From: Jimgerdemannia flammicorona
Taxonomy: Eukaryota
DNA length: 33,610 nt
Assembly (NCBI GenBank): GCA_003990765.1
Contig: RBNJ01000304.1
Coordinates: forward strand, 1-33,610
Reading direction: 5' to 3'
Shown here: in pieces, positions 11,615-24,565 of the stretch
Position numbering within the stretch: the first letter of the stretch is position 1
Layout of the letters: each line of letters opens with the position of its first letter
The notes under the pieces: model-generated
What the model saw: only the letters and a program-made list of their open reading frames with translations
What the model was told of the DNA's origin: nothing
Databases searched by the model: none
Position numbers and translations under genes: made by a program

Positions 11615-14299
11615 GATATTTCTTGAGTCAGTTTTGGTGAATGGTGGTGGGGATTATTGTGCCTGAGGGTTTTTATAGCCAAAAGGTAGTCTCTTTTATA
11701 TCTTGCACAAGGTAAGGTCCTTCCCACTTGGGCTCCAGTTTTCGTGACCATGAAGCTTCTACCATATTCTGATACACTAGGACCTTGTCTCCTATCTTAA
11801 TAATCTCCAAGGGCTTGTGGGTCTTTTCCGCATTCCTCTGTTGTAGTGTCTGCACCTTGGTTATGTAATCCTCAGCCTTCTTTCTGATTTGGTGTAGTCT
11901 CCATATTTCCATGTCCACATGTTTCCATATAGCATCTCCATTGGATGATAGAGTTCCTTGAGAACATTCTTCTCCAAACAGCATTTCTGGAGGGGTAAAG
12001 TGGGTGCTTTGTGATTGGATGTCTCGGAGAGCAGATAATGCTATTGGTAGATAGTGATCCCAGTTCTTGTAGTTATTGCAGATCTTGGCAATAACATTCT
12101 TGAGAGTTTTGTTGGTCCTTTCTACTTGTCTGTTTCCTTGGGGGTGATAGGCTGTGGTCCAAATGTGCTGGATCTTGTACTTCTTGTAGAGAACCTCAAA
12201 GAGCTGGTTTATGAATTCTGTTCCTCTATCTGTAGTTACTTGTGTTGGGGTCTTGAACCGGCAGATGATTTCCTTGTGGAAGAAATTGGCAATTGACTGT
12301 GTATTGGCTTCTTTGAGGGGTCCTGCTTCTATCCACTTCGTAAAAAGGTCTATGATGACAATGATGTATCAGTTACCACTCAGGGTCAAGGGTAGAGGGC
12401 TGATTACATCCATTGCTATATGGCAAATGGTACTGGTTCTATGTGTGCTGATCCTGGGGCTTGATTCCATTGGTCTTGTTTCTGTTTCTGGCATTTGTCG
12501 CATGTCTTGACAAATTGTCTGATATCTTCCTCTATCCCTGGTCACCATATTGTTCTTCTTGCCTTGTCATATATATTTGTTCCTCCTAGATGGCCAAGTT
12601 CATGTACTGATTTCATCGCTTGCTCCTTCTTGTGTTCTGGTATGACCAGTAGTTTTCCTTTCTTCAGTATTTCTCCGTCAGTTTCGAATTGTTTCCATGT
12701 CCTGTTGATAATTGTTTGTATCTATTCTTCCAGATATTGGGGCATCTTTCGCTGTCCCAGGTGTATGATAGTTCCGTAGTAGAGCTCCTTATTCATGATT
12801 GATTTATTGGTTGGAGGTAGTTCGAGGTGTCTGTGAGAGAGCATCTGTATTGGAATTTGTTCTTCCAGGGTGGTATACGATGGTTACATCATAGGCTTGT
12901 AACTTCATTATCCATCTGGCATAGATTCCCTTGGGTTGTCCAGTTGTCAGTAGCCAGATGAGAGCTGAGTAGTCTGTCTGGATGATGAAGTGTCTTCCAG
13001 CCAGATAGTAGTGGAACTTTTCCACAGCCCAGATGACTGCAAGGCATTCCAACTTGTAGGACTCATATTCTTTTTCAGCCCCTTGGGTTCTGTGGCTAAG
13101 ATATGCAATGATATACTCTTTTTTGTCTTCTTTTTGAGCTAGGACTGCTCCTAGTCACTGTGCACTTGCATCCGTCTGAAGGATAAATTCTTGGATCCAA
13201 TTGGGTCGTCTGAGAATGGGTGCCTGAATTAGTCTGATCTTGAGTTTGTCAAATGCTTTTTATTGTCTGCCAGTCCACTGGAACTTGGTATCCTTCTTAT
13301 TGAGTTCATAGATTGGACCCATGATATTGGAGAATCCTCTAATAAATCTGTGATAGTAGGAGGCAAGTCCCATGAAAGCTTGGGCTTCTGTAACAGTAGT
13401 GGGCCTTGGGTATGCTGCTACTGCTTGTATTTTGAGAGGGTCCGTGTGTGTTCCATCTCAATTGATAATATGACCAAGATAGGAGATCTCAATTTCTGCA
13501 AACTTGCACTTCTTGAGTTTGATATAAAGGCCATATTGTCTTAGTCTCTCTATTATCTGCTGTATGTGCTGCAGATGTTCCTCAGGTGTCTTGCTGTAGA
13601 TGATTACATCATCGACATAGACCATCATCCATCTTCCCATGTCATGGCAGAAGATTTTGTTCATCATTCGCTGAAAGCTTGCTGGTGTATTGCACATTCT
13701 GAATGGCATTTGTAGGTAGATGTAGGTTCCGTCTGAGGTGATGAAGGCTGACTTTTCACTTGCCATTTCTGTAGGTCCGATTTGGTGAAATCCTGAGTAT
13801 AAGTCCAAGGTGCTGTAGTACTGTGCTTCATCTCCTAGTGTTATAAGGATGTCACTGATGAGCAGCAGTGGTTGGCAATCCTTCTTGGTAACTGCATTGA
13901 GCTTTTTGTAGTTGACATAGAGCCTTGGGGCAAATTCTCCAAGTTTGCTTCCTTTTTTCAGGGCTAGTACAACTGGTGAAGACCAGGGGCTGCTGGCTTC
14001 TTTGATGATGCCGGCTTCTTCCATCTGCTTGATTTCTTCTCTGAGCCATTCTTGGTAAGCTGGTGGGACAGGTCTTGCCTTCTGATAAATTGGTTTGGTG
14101 TCTCCGATATCTACCTCGTGATAGTAGTGTGGGGTCTTTCCCTTGATATCCTTGAAATCCGTGGCAAGGACATCCTCGAATTTGTAGAGTATTTTCTTGA
14201 GTTCCTCCTTGAGTCTCCGATGGTGTAACTGTGCTTGCTCATGTTTTCCTCCTTCTTATACTCAAGTTCGGTGATCTTGGTGCTAGCGAATACTCCTCT

Positions 14300-14715
14300 T
14301 CCTGTGGATCTGAATCCTTTCTTTCCTCTTTTCATTTCCTCCAGATTCTTGACTTCTATGATCCTTGGCTGTATGATTTGGAAGATCAACATCTGTGCCA
14401 ATCAGTCCTTCTTCTTGACTGGGAATGGAATTGTAGGATTGTGATTCCTAGCAATGAGTAGAATTTCTCCAATATAGTCTGAATCAATGACTCCTCCTTC
14501 GATTGTGATTTCACTTCTAGCCAGGCTGCTTCTAGTCTTGAGAATCCTGACATGATCCTTTGGGATGGTCATCTCTAGTCCAGTTGCGAGTAGGGTGGTT
14601 GTCTGGGGTTCGAGTACAGTTTCTTCTACTGTAGCAATGTCCATTCCGGCTGCATTTTCTGACTTATATTCTGGCAAGACTGCATCAGGGTGGATCTTTT
14701 GAATCTTGACCTTGA
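14300..14715 (-). pseudogene. dut: Trimeric dUTPase domain inside pol, between protease and RT
   Basis: Motifs AAGMDI, RSSLA, GGVIDSDYIGEI, LAQML and RGKKGFRSTG, with one in-frame TGA at 14404-14402. Confidence 0.92.
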
Positions 14716-16873
14716 TTTCTTCTTCATCATCACTGTCCTCCAGGAGGGCTGGTGGTTCATCATCTTCCTCCTTCTCTTCTTCTCTAATCTGTTTTTCGAG
14801 AGCTTTCTGCCTTCTTTCCTGGTAGATCTTCTTGGTTCCGATGGTGTACTGGTAGCAATCATTGACATGCTCTATATAGTACATTTTGATTCCATGAGGA
14901 CAGACTCCTTGTGGGGCATAGCTTTCTGCGATCTTCTTGTACCATTCTTCTTCACTCATCTATCCAACTTTCTTCTTCTTTGGAGTAGTCACCATATAAG
15001 CTTCCTCTTGCTCACTCTCTTCTTCCTCTATATCGGGCAGGACTCCTTTGTTGATGTTGATGGGAATTTGTATCTTCTGTCCCTAGTAGGTGATCTGCAT
15101 CTTCTGAGCATTGAGATTGATTACCGCCTTGGCTTTGTGAAGCCATTGATTGCCGATGAGGATGTCATAGTTGGTGGCATTGGTTATGATTACATCTACT
15201 GGGATTGTTGCTCCTCTGATCTTGATGGGAATATCTCGGATCTATCCCAGAGGTGTGGCTCTTGTGCCATTGGCTGTGGCGAATACTAGCTTAGTTGCTT
15301 CTTCCACGTCCCAACCTAGGCAGTCTGCTGCCTTCTTACTGAGGAGACATCCTCCTGCTCCCATATCAATAATGGCTTCAAAGACTCGATCCTCAATTTG
15401 GCATGTTGCATAAGCAGAGGTTTTGCAATTATCCTCACTTTCTTCTCCTGAGTCCTCTTGAACATTATTGGCCTCAGTTATCTTTCATCCTTGTTTCTTG
15501 GTTGTTTTGGTAAGTCCAAATCTCATTTGCTGTCTGAATGTTGGGATTTCTGCAAGCTGACCAAAGGTTGCATTGACCTTTTGTTGACTGAGATTCTTAA
15601 AGATATCATACTTGAAGGTCTTGGTCTTGTGAAGCTTCTTTTATTTTTCTCCTTCACTGGCTGGAGTGGTTCCTCGGATGATATCCTGAACTGCTTGCTC
15701 TAGCTTGATATCTTGATTCATCTCTTCAGCTTGGCTTTCTGTGTCAGTTTCTATTTGTTTTTCCACTGGGTTCTTCTTGGGTCTTCCTGGCAGTCTCTTG
15801 TAGGGTTCTTTGCAAGCATCCTTCTTGGTGGTCTGAGCAGGATAGGCCTCCCATTCCTCTTCATTGGATTCTCTAATTTCTTCAAAGGTGATTATATTGG
15901 CCTGCTTCTTGTTTCATGTGGCATTGTTTGGTTGAGCCTTGTATTTGGTTTTACTCATATATTCATAGGAGTAGTGGCCTTCTTCTCCACAGCTGTAGCA
16001 GGTACCTTTCTTCTTATCTGAGGTAGCAGCAAACTTCTGAACAGGGCGGCGATCTCTTTCTCAGATTTCCTTTACCACATCCCCCAGGTGGGCAGTCATT
16101 TCAGCAAACCTTTTGGCGAGTTCCTCCATAGGGTCACTGTTCTTTTGCTGCTCTGTAGCTTTTGACTGAGGTGTGTTTCGATTGATCATTGTGGTGGGGA
16201 TCATACTAGTTGCCTTGGGTGCCTTAATTCTGACTCCTGTAACTCTCTCCATTGTATGGTCTTGTGGGTGTCTAGCTATCCAGTATCGCTGAGCATAGGT
16301 GACCTTCTGTGGCAGATCCAGAATTACTAGTGATGAGCAGATGGCCATGGCTATTTCTGGATGGACTCCTTTCATGAAGGTTGCTTTGGCTACTTGATCT
16401 CAGATGGCAGTAGCATAATCTGCAAGAATTATCTGATATCAAATTCTGGTATAGAATGTGTTTGGATTCTCACTCATTTCTTGGCATATTGTGTTGAGCT
16501 GATCCTTCAGGGCTTGCTTGATCTCATCTGTGTAATATGTATTTCGGAGCCAGGTCTTCTGTGCTGTCAGTATGGCATCTGCATCATTTTCTGCATGGGT
16601 TGCGACTGTGAATGCTGCTCTGGCAGGGCCTCATAGACTGAAAGGCATGAGGGCTACTTGCTGTGCTGCTGTCAGAGTCCTTATAGCAGCATACTGCTCG
16701 AAATCATCAATGAAGGTGATGATTAATTCATCTGAGGTATATCCATGGAATACTGGCAGTCTCATATCCATCTTGTCTGGGTATTGGGGCTTGGTTTATA
16801 TGGTTGTTCAGATAGTGGTAGTTGTTCGTTGTTCAGCTTGAAAGTGAGGGATTCATCTTGAATCACCAGTCAA

Positions 16874-16882
16874 TGGGCACTA
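16874..16882 (-). promoter_or_regulatory. Degenerate primer-binding site
   Basis: TAGTGCCCA follows the 5' LTR and is two transitions away from a TGGCGCCCA tRNA-complementary PBS. Confidence 0.55.
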
Positions 16883-17344
16883 AGTTATAATGTAGCAGAT
16901 GCTTACTCTTAAAAGTACATTGGATTTCTGTATCTTGAAAACTTGACCATTCTGACTCTCGCAGAGTCTCTTGAAGTTGTAGGGGAGGGTGGGTGAGTTC
17001 GAAGTGTATCTGCCTGCAGGCTTACTAGTTCCTTTGCTATCTCTTTGCTTTTGAACTATTTCGATCTGAGGTTTATTCACTCAAAGATACTGGGTTATTT
17101 ATATAAGTTTGCTAGCTATGAGAGGGTGGCTAAGTAATAAATGAGTCATTTGGACTTTGTCGAAACATTTGGACAATGTCTAAATGCTATACTAAATCAG
17201 AGTGTTCAATTTGGATAATGTCTAAAAATTTAGACAATGTTGAAATTGAGGACTGCTGACTATAAGGCTATACTACTTTGGGAATGGGTGCGATCAAGTG
17301 TCAATTCCTTATTTTCTTCTTTCAAATTTGGCTGTACCATCACA
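16883..17344 (-). repeat. 5' LTR (462 bp)
   Basis: Direct repeat of 10653-11114. Confidence 0.95.
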
Positions 17345-19950
17345 CTGTCTTTTGGAAATTTCATCAGAATTTTTATTATACTAGATATCTGTATCAGATT
17401 ACTACTTCTTCTATATTTGGTAAAAGATTTTTTTCTTTTTTCCAGATAGTGTCATACTTAGGATATCTTTTCTATTTCACAAAATAGTATCAGATAGACT
17501 TAGTAGCTCATCTAAATTAATGATCCTTGTGATCTACAATATGTATAGTCTACTTTATATTCTGATTATTGATCAATAATTACTAAATCTAATGGTAGCA
17601 TAATTCTTTCTTTAAAGATATTTGGAGTATATGACTAGAGTTGAGATATATGAAACACTAGATAGATTTTTCTTAGTATTACTGAGAGGTCCAACTTATA
17701 TATAATAGATTCATATTTTTTGAAGATCTTGTATGGTCTAATGTAATAGAGTTCAAGCTTCTTTTTAGGACCTATGTTGCTCAGAGTCAGGTGCTGAGTA
17801 TTGAGTAATACTTATTCTCCTATTTTATAGATAACTTCTCTTCTATTTTTATCAGTATATACTATTTATATTCTTTGTACTTCTATGAGGATATATATAT
17901 GTATCATATCTGCTGAATATTATCTTTTAAGATATCAGTAATTTCTTATACTATTAATACTATAGTTTAGATGATAACTATAGGGGTTTATAGGTATTAC
18001 TCATGATTTAAATAAAATTGTATTATTTTGATACTTATATTTGAGTTGTAATTATATATAAATTTGGCTAGAGTTAGCTTTTCATCTTAATTATTTTATT
18101 TGTATATAGCTATAATAAATGCTAAGTATCTACTTTAAGGTTCAATTGGTTCTTTCTGTTTGGCCATTTATTTATAGATAATATTCTGTAGATATTTTCA
18201 GTTTTACTTCTAGGCTCTTGAAGAGTACTTACCAAAAGTTACTTATAAACTTTATATCTTTGTCTAAGATAATTACTGATTGTAGTCTATAGAGACAGAA
18301 TATATTATCAATAAATAGTTATACTATTTCTGATACTATTGCAGTAGTAGTTGTTGTAATAAAGAGAGTCTGCTTACTGAGATAATTGATGAAGATGATA
18401 ATTATATCTCTTTTTTTCTTAGTTTTTGGTAACTAAATAATAAAGTCTACTCTAATATAGTGTAGAAATTGATAGTAGTTATAGTATACTGACTGGTGCC
18501 TGGTTGCTAGCTTTATATCTTTGATAGATATTATAGAATACAATATAATTCTTAATGTTAGATATCATTTTAGACCAGTAAAAGTCTCAGATAATATATT
18601 GGTATATCTTGTCAAATTTCATATATCTAGCTATAGGTAATTCATATAGTTCTTATATGATTCATAAGTAGATAAGAGTATTGGAGATCCAGATTCTCAT
18701 ATTATCAAGATATATATATCTATTTTGGATAGATATATTCTTATAGATCTTTTTTATGATATTACTGTTTTCTTCAAAGATTTGTTTAGTAATTTTTTAT
18801 AAATTGGTATCTTTAGTATACTTCTTCTTGACTTCTTTGAATAGACTGGTATTGATATTGCTAATTATAATAAGGTTACCTTTCTGAGTACTCTAGAAGA
18901 GAGTATTAGCTACTTTATTTTTAGTTCTAGTAATGTATTTGATTTTGATATCAAAGGGTACAAGAATCTGTATCCATCAGACTTATCTTTCTGTAGGGAT
19001 TGGCTGTACCTAAATATATCAAAAAGCTTAATGATTAGTCTATATGGAGAATTTTTTGCTAAGAAGAAAGTATATCTATACTTATAGGAATCAGATAATA
19101 GTAAGGAGTTTCTTATCTTGTATAGTATAGTTTCTTTCATATTTTTTGAGTTTTTGGGACAGATAGATGATATAGTATTTATGTTGAGTTAAGATAGCTC
19201 CAATAGTAATATTTGAAGTATCAGTAGTGACCACAAAGAGTTTTATTGAGTCAGAACTTATTAAGATCATTATATTAGTCAGTATTCTCTTAAGAGTATT
19301 CATAGCTATTATACATACTTCTGTCTATTCTTTTTCAATATTGGTATCTTTTTTGACAAGACTTGTGAGTAGGGTAGCAATTATAGAGAATTCTTGAATA
19401 AATCTCTTATAATATCCTATTAGTTTATTAAATCCTTATAGAGACTTGAGAGTCTTCAAAATGGGTCAATTGTAAATTGCCTGGGTTTTTTTGAGATTAA
19501 GTACAATAATATTTTCTGAGATAATATATCCTAGATATTCAATTTTCTTCTTAAAGAAGTAGTATTTCTTTCTTTTTACTGAGAGCTTATATTTGTAGAG
19601 TATATTGAAGACTATTTATAAGTATTGTTAGTAAATAATACTGCTTATGCTATATACCAGAATGTTATCTAAGTAGACCAGAATAAATACTCTAAGGTGT
19701 TTTCAAAAGATATCATTCATTAGTATTTAGAATATTACTGGTATATTAGTGAGGCTAAATATTATTATATAGAATTTATAGTGTCTAAATCTTATTTGAA
19801 AGACTGTCTTGGCTATATCTTCTTCTTTAATATAAATTTTATAGTATTTGGATATAAGATTAATGAGTGAGAAGATCTTGATCTTATATACTTTATTGAG
19901 TAGTTTATCAATTTTTGAGAGTATATATTAGTTCTTAACTGAGATGTTAT
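17345..19950 (-). mobile_element. Heavily mutated chromovirus-type Ty3/Gypsy pol (RT-RH-IN-chromodomain)
   Basis: Minus-strand remnants: ILVYLDNI (~19660-19685, YLDD), VVTTDTSNITIGAILTQ (RH), QTERTN (IN, ~18145-18165), and YFVK*KRYPKYDTIWKKEKNL (chromodomain, ~17425-17487). Confidence 0.8.
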
Positions 19951-20664
19951 TGAGTACTTGATAATTAATATATATTGTGATGGCTGATCCGAATTAGTAA
20001 TATGAAACAGGGGAATTAGACATTTGATTGCAATACCTGAATCTGATTCCCAATATAGCTTAGCCTCATAAATAGCAGCCATATTCTGCAAAGTACCGAA
20101 ACTTTAATGTTTGCAAAGATTTAGGAGATATTAGAATCTTCACAATCAGTGAAATCTTAGCAGAAGTAGAGGAGGAAGAAGGCCCAGCAGGAGCCAAGGG
20201 AGCGAACCCAGAGCGAGTGTCAAAGCGAATAGAAGACATGTGGAAAGGCGTGTATAAGGGGGACAAACAAAGAATGTAACCGAAATTGCATCAGCCATTT
20301 ATTGCCACGTACAAACATGGTCCTTATATACAAAATACGACGTCCCAAAAGGGAGGACATGCCACAACTCGGGGCGAACTGAATTAGGAACCATATGACC
20401 GCTGGAGATAGGCAGAGATAAAGAGGGAGCCAATCCCAGTTGCAGGATAAAAATCACAAACAAACACAAACAAAACAAATCCAAATCGAGATTAAAAAAC
20501 ATCTGCAGACCCTGGAGGGGTGAGCGCAAGTGAGGGGTGAGGCCAAAATAAAGCGAGCTGCAGCGAGCCTGAGTGAAGCAAGGGGCCGAAGGCAGCAGAG
20601 GGGAGCAGAGTAAGACCAAGACCTTGGAGCGAGGGCGAGACCCCGGAGGGGGCAAGGATGTTTT

Positions 20665-22749
20665 TTAATCCTCTCCGGCAGAACCGGAGGCACCAGAAGG
20701 TGACGAAAACGCAAAACGAGAGTGATAGATTGAAGAAGAAACAGAAGAAAGATGCAAATGAGCAATCAGAGGGCATCGGGAAAGAGATGAAAGTCCATGG
20801 CGCGAAAGAGAAGAGCATAGGACAGTATCAGGGTGTTGAGTGACCCAGCGAGCATGATCAAATGGTACAACGAGAATCAGGGGTGGGAAAGAAGAGGGGG
20901 TACAGAGAGGGTAAGGGGGGAGAGAGGGAAGGGAGGGGGGGTAAAGGGGAGAGAGGAGGGAAGAGCGAACAACAGACCATTCAACAGAAGCAAGTAGATC
21001 GCGAACAATAGAAATAGGGTAGGCACGATGATGGACCACGAAGTTGCCAAGAACCCGAACAGCAGACACCCAATCAGAACGACGGGAGCAGCACAATGCA
21101 AGATGACAAGCCTCACTATGAACACATTCAAGAAGAGTGCGACGAGGATGGTTGGACAAGAAGTCAGAGAACTGTTGGGAATGGGGAAAGCAGGAATAAA
21201 CAACAGTTCGGAAGGGAGAAAGACAAATAGAAAGGTCCAAAAAAGGAATACTAGTCATACCGCACACCCAAGTAATAGAATGATGGGGAGGGTAGATGCC
21301 CAGGAACACACTAGGGATATCAATGCCAGCAACAGCGAAGACAATAAAGTCATCAATGTATCGGCAAAAGAAGATATCTCCAGCCCGGAATGCAATGGAA
21401 AGAGGTGAAGTAATATCATGTAACACATGCAATTCATGGGCCAGGCCAACAAGGTTGGCAAGGGTGGGGGCACAATTCATACCCATGGCAATACCAGAAG
21501 TCTGGTGAAAGGAGCCAAGGGCCGACTCAAAATAATTCAAGCCGCAGACGAGGAGCATAAGCTCAACAATGGAAGCCAGCAAAACTGGGGAATCCAAAGG
21601 AAAAATCAAGGAACCCAAGAAGCGAAGGCAGTCATCAATCTCATCAAAACGAATAGCAGTATAGAAGGAAGAGAAGTCACCAGAGGCCAAATGGGAAAAA
21701 CGGTGAACAGGCACAATGGTGGAGCAGAGAAGGGCGAGCTCCTGAGTATCATGAAGAATAGTATACTCAGGCCCAAGATGGTGTTGTAAGAGAGCCATCC
21801 AGGAGAGAAAGAAGCGAGATAACCACTTTGAAATCTCGGTGGTAGGAGAACTGTACACAGCCGTAATAGGACGCCAAACCAAAGTAGGCTTGTGAACTTT
21901 AGGAAGAGCATAGAAAACTGGAAGAGAAATATCCGGGGAGGACAAAGAGTCCTGGAAGAAGTTAAAAATGGGGTTCGCGAATGGGGAGTCCGAAAGTGAC
22001 CTAGCGTGAGCCAGAGAAACCCAAAGAAGAGTGAGAACCTCATTCAATCCAAGAGCACTAGGCTCGTAAGCCATGGCTCGAAGGAGGGCAGAAAGGCCAT
22101 CAAGATAGAGCAACTTAGGAATAAGTGCAAAACCCTGATTCTTATCAGTGACTGTGAGCAAATGCATAGGCAATTGCTTGATCGATTTAAGTGTGGTATG
22201 CATGGCACAGTCCGAAACCAAGCAAGAGTGAGCTCATCCAGGAACGGACAGTGAGCAGGCCATGTCAAGGAATACACAGTGTGAAGAGACATTGGGAGGG
22301 GAGACTCAATCGCTGGGAACAAAATAGCGAGAGGGCATCTCACCACGATCTTGAAAGAAAATGGCAAGGTCAAGAGCATGACGAAAACGTGTTAGACGAG
22401 CCAGATCAGTGAAGGAGAATTGTGAGGGAGTCGCAGGAAAAACAAAGCAAGGACCCAAGGATAAGGCAAAGACTTGAAGGGGAGAAAGGGGGCAGTCAGC
22501 CGAAGAAAAAGGAGGAGACAAAAGTATTCCAAGAGAAGAATAAACCCGAAAATTTGGGACAAGCAACTGGGAAAGGCGAAGGGGGGACAACATGAGGAAC
22601 CACTCAGGGCACACCAGAAGCGACGACGGAATCCGAGAAGGGACAGGGACAACGGGGGAGAACCACGCCAGGGAGAAGTTTAAGAGCGGGAGGCCTTCCC
22701 CTTCCCTCTGACTTTTTTTGAAGGTGGCAAGCCCGACGAATGGGAGCAC
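20665..22749 (-). pseudogene. PLE reverse transcriptase ORF2, copy A; 518-aa open core, TGA stops at 22308-22306 and 22236-22234
   Basis: ORFs 22749-22306 and 22221-20665 are in one frame and carry the RT motifs listed for copy A. Confidence 0.85.
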
Positions 22750-23896
22750 ATCCCATCAGAGTGCCAGACCTTGCGGTTACAGGCTTTCGTGCAGCCCTTA
22801 TATTCAGGGGCATGGGTGGAGGAGGCGGAGGAGGAACCGGCGGAGGAGGCCAAAGGCGAGCAAGCAGCTGAAGGGGCAGCAGTGCGAGGAACACCACCAT
22901 GGGGACAGATGGACTTGGCCGGGTGCCAGTAGGCATGGTGGAGGCGGCTGGAGCAGACAGCGCAAGGCCAGGCCCCAACGGGGTGAGAACCAAGTTGGCG
23001 GCCATACTTGGGGGCAGGGGGAATGGAGGAGGAAGCCTTGGCGGGGGAGGGGGACCAGGAAGAGGCCGACGAAGCCTGGTTGGGCTTGGCGGGGGTCTTG
23101 GCGGGGTCTTGGAGGGGGCCTTGGCGGCGGCGGCGGCGAAGGAACGAACCTCAGCATGAGCAGCAACATGAGCCTTGGTGCAGATGGCCTCGGAGACCAA
23201 AACCTCAGGAGAGGCAGGCAGGGGAGCAGTGGCGGTGGCGCAAGCAGCAGCGGCAGCACGTGACATTTCCTGCTCGTGAAGGCAAGTGACAAAAGAGGTG
23301 CCGGCGAGGAGGAAGCGACGCACAGCATTGATGTCGGTGGCAACAGAAGGGACATCCTGGATGGCGAAGCCACAGAAGGGGGCAGCATCTGAAAGATGAG
23401 AGGAGGCGAAGGCCATGAAAGCGGCACAGGCATGTTGGAAGGAGGTGGAGGTGGCAGCAGCAGAAGCAGCGGTGGCATCAGCGGCGGCAAGTTTGGCGGC
23501 GGCAGTAGCAGCACGAACCTCTTCAGAGAGGGCTTGGCGGCGGGCCTCAGGGAGAATGGAGTAGCGGACAGTGAGCGGAGCGACGATGTCGACATCATGG
23601 CGGAGATGAGCCTCCTTGGCAGAGAGGGCAAGGACCGACCGGAACTGAGAGAGGAGTGGATGACCAGAAGGATGAAGGTCCAAGGGGAGGGAAAGGATGG
23701 CAGAAGAGACATAGGTCTCGAAGGAGACAGTGGCGGAGGTGAAGGCAGGGGGAGGAGGAGGAGGAAGTACCTCATCCATGAGCTCGTCAACGAGGATGGA
23801 GGCCCCGAGGGCAGGCGGTACAGCAGAGGAGGAAGAAGGCCCAGTGGGAGCCAAGGGAGTGAACCCAGAGCCAGTGTCAAAGTGAACGGAAGACAT
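22680..23896 (-). pseudogene. PLE ORF1, copy A; 1-bp deletion near 23103
   Basis: Aligns with 24566-25795 until the PAKT 12-bp repeats, where one base is missing. Confidence 0.75.
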
Positions 23897-24486
23897 GTAG
23901 AAAGGTGTGTATAAGGGGGACGAACAAAGAACGTAACCGAAATTGCATCAGCCATTTATTGCCACATACAAACGCAGTCCTTATATACAAAATACGACGT
24001 CCCAAAAGAGAGGACGCGCCACAACTCAGGGTGAACCGAATTAGGAACCACATGATCGCCAGAGATAGGCAGAGATAAAGGGGAAGCCAATCCCAGTTGT
24101 AGGATAAAAATCTCAAACAAACACAAACAAAACAAATCCAAATCGAGATTAAAAAACATCCGCAGACCCTGGAGGGGTGAGCATGAGTGAGGGGTGAGGC
24201 CGAAATGGAGCAAGCTGCAGCGAGCCCGAGCGAAGCGAGGGGCCGAAGGCAGCAGAGGGGAGCGGAGTAAGGCCGAGACCCCGGAGCGAGCGCGAGACTC
24301 CAGAGGGGGCAAGGATGTTTTTTAATCTCGATTTGGATTTGTTTTGTTTGTGTTTGTTTGTGATTTTTATTCTGTAACTGGGATTGGCTCCCCCTTTATC
24401 TCTGCCTATCTCCGGCAGTCATGTGGTTCCTAATTCGGTTCGCCCCGAGTTGTGGCACGTCCTCCCTTTTGGGACGTCGTATTTTG

Positions 24487-24519
24487 TATATAAGGACTGC
24501 ATTTGTACGTGGCAATAAA
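24487..24519 (+). promoter_or_regulatory. TATA-like box and AATAAA within the pseudo-LTR
   Basis: TATATAAG at 24487-24494 and AATAAA at 24514-24519, conserved in all four pLTR copies, about 50-80 nt upstream of ORF1. Confidence 0.4.
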
Positions 24520-24565
24520 CGGCTGATGCAATTTCGGTTACGTTCTTTGTTCGTCCCCCTTATAC

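Larger units (their letters stand above)
10653..17344 (-). mobile_element. Full-length Ty3/Gypsy LTR retrotransposon (gag-PR-dUTPase-RT-RH-IN plus an extra 3' ORF), inactivated by nonsense mutations
   Basis: Two 462-bp LTRs, a PPT and a PBS-like site. Domains: zinc knuckle CYSCGEEGHYSYEY (~15960-16000), protease EAIIDMGAGG (~15350-15385), RT LDLYSGFHQI/MPF/YVDD (14024-13458), RH ECLAVIWAVEKFHYYL, IN followed by KLEPKWEGPY. Confidence 0.95.
20168..24327 (-). mobile_element. Endonuclease-deficient Penelope-like retroelement, copy A (pLTR-ORF1-RT-pLTR)
   Basis: PLE-type RT motifs DKNQG, FYALPKVHK..WRPI, DFSSFYT, GIAMG.NCAP.LAN, RYIDD, FLDL, SNHP. Terminal direct repeats of ~0.5 kb (20168-20670 and ~23825-24327). 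No GIY-YIG after the thumb. Confidence 0.88.

Noticed and set aside
24520..24545. Hammerhead ribozyme in the pLTR (GGCTGATGCAATTTCGG)
   Set aside because: The core reads CTGATGC rather than CTGANGA, and no downstream GAAA is present on the sense strand.
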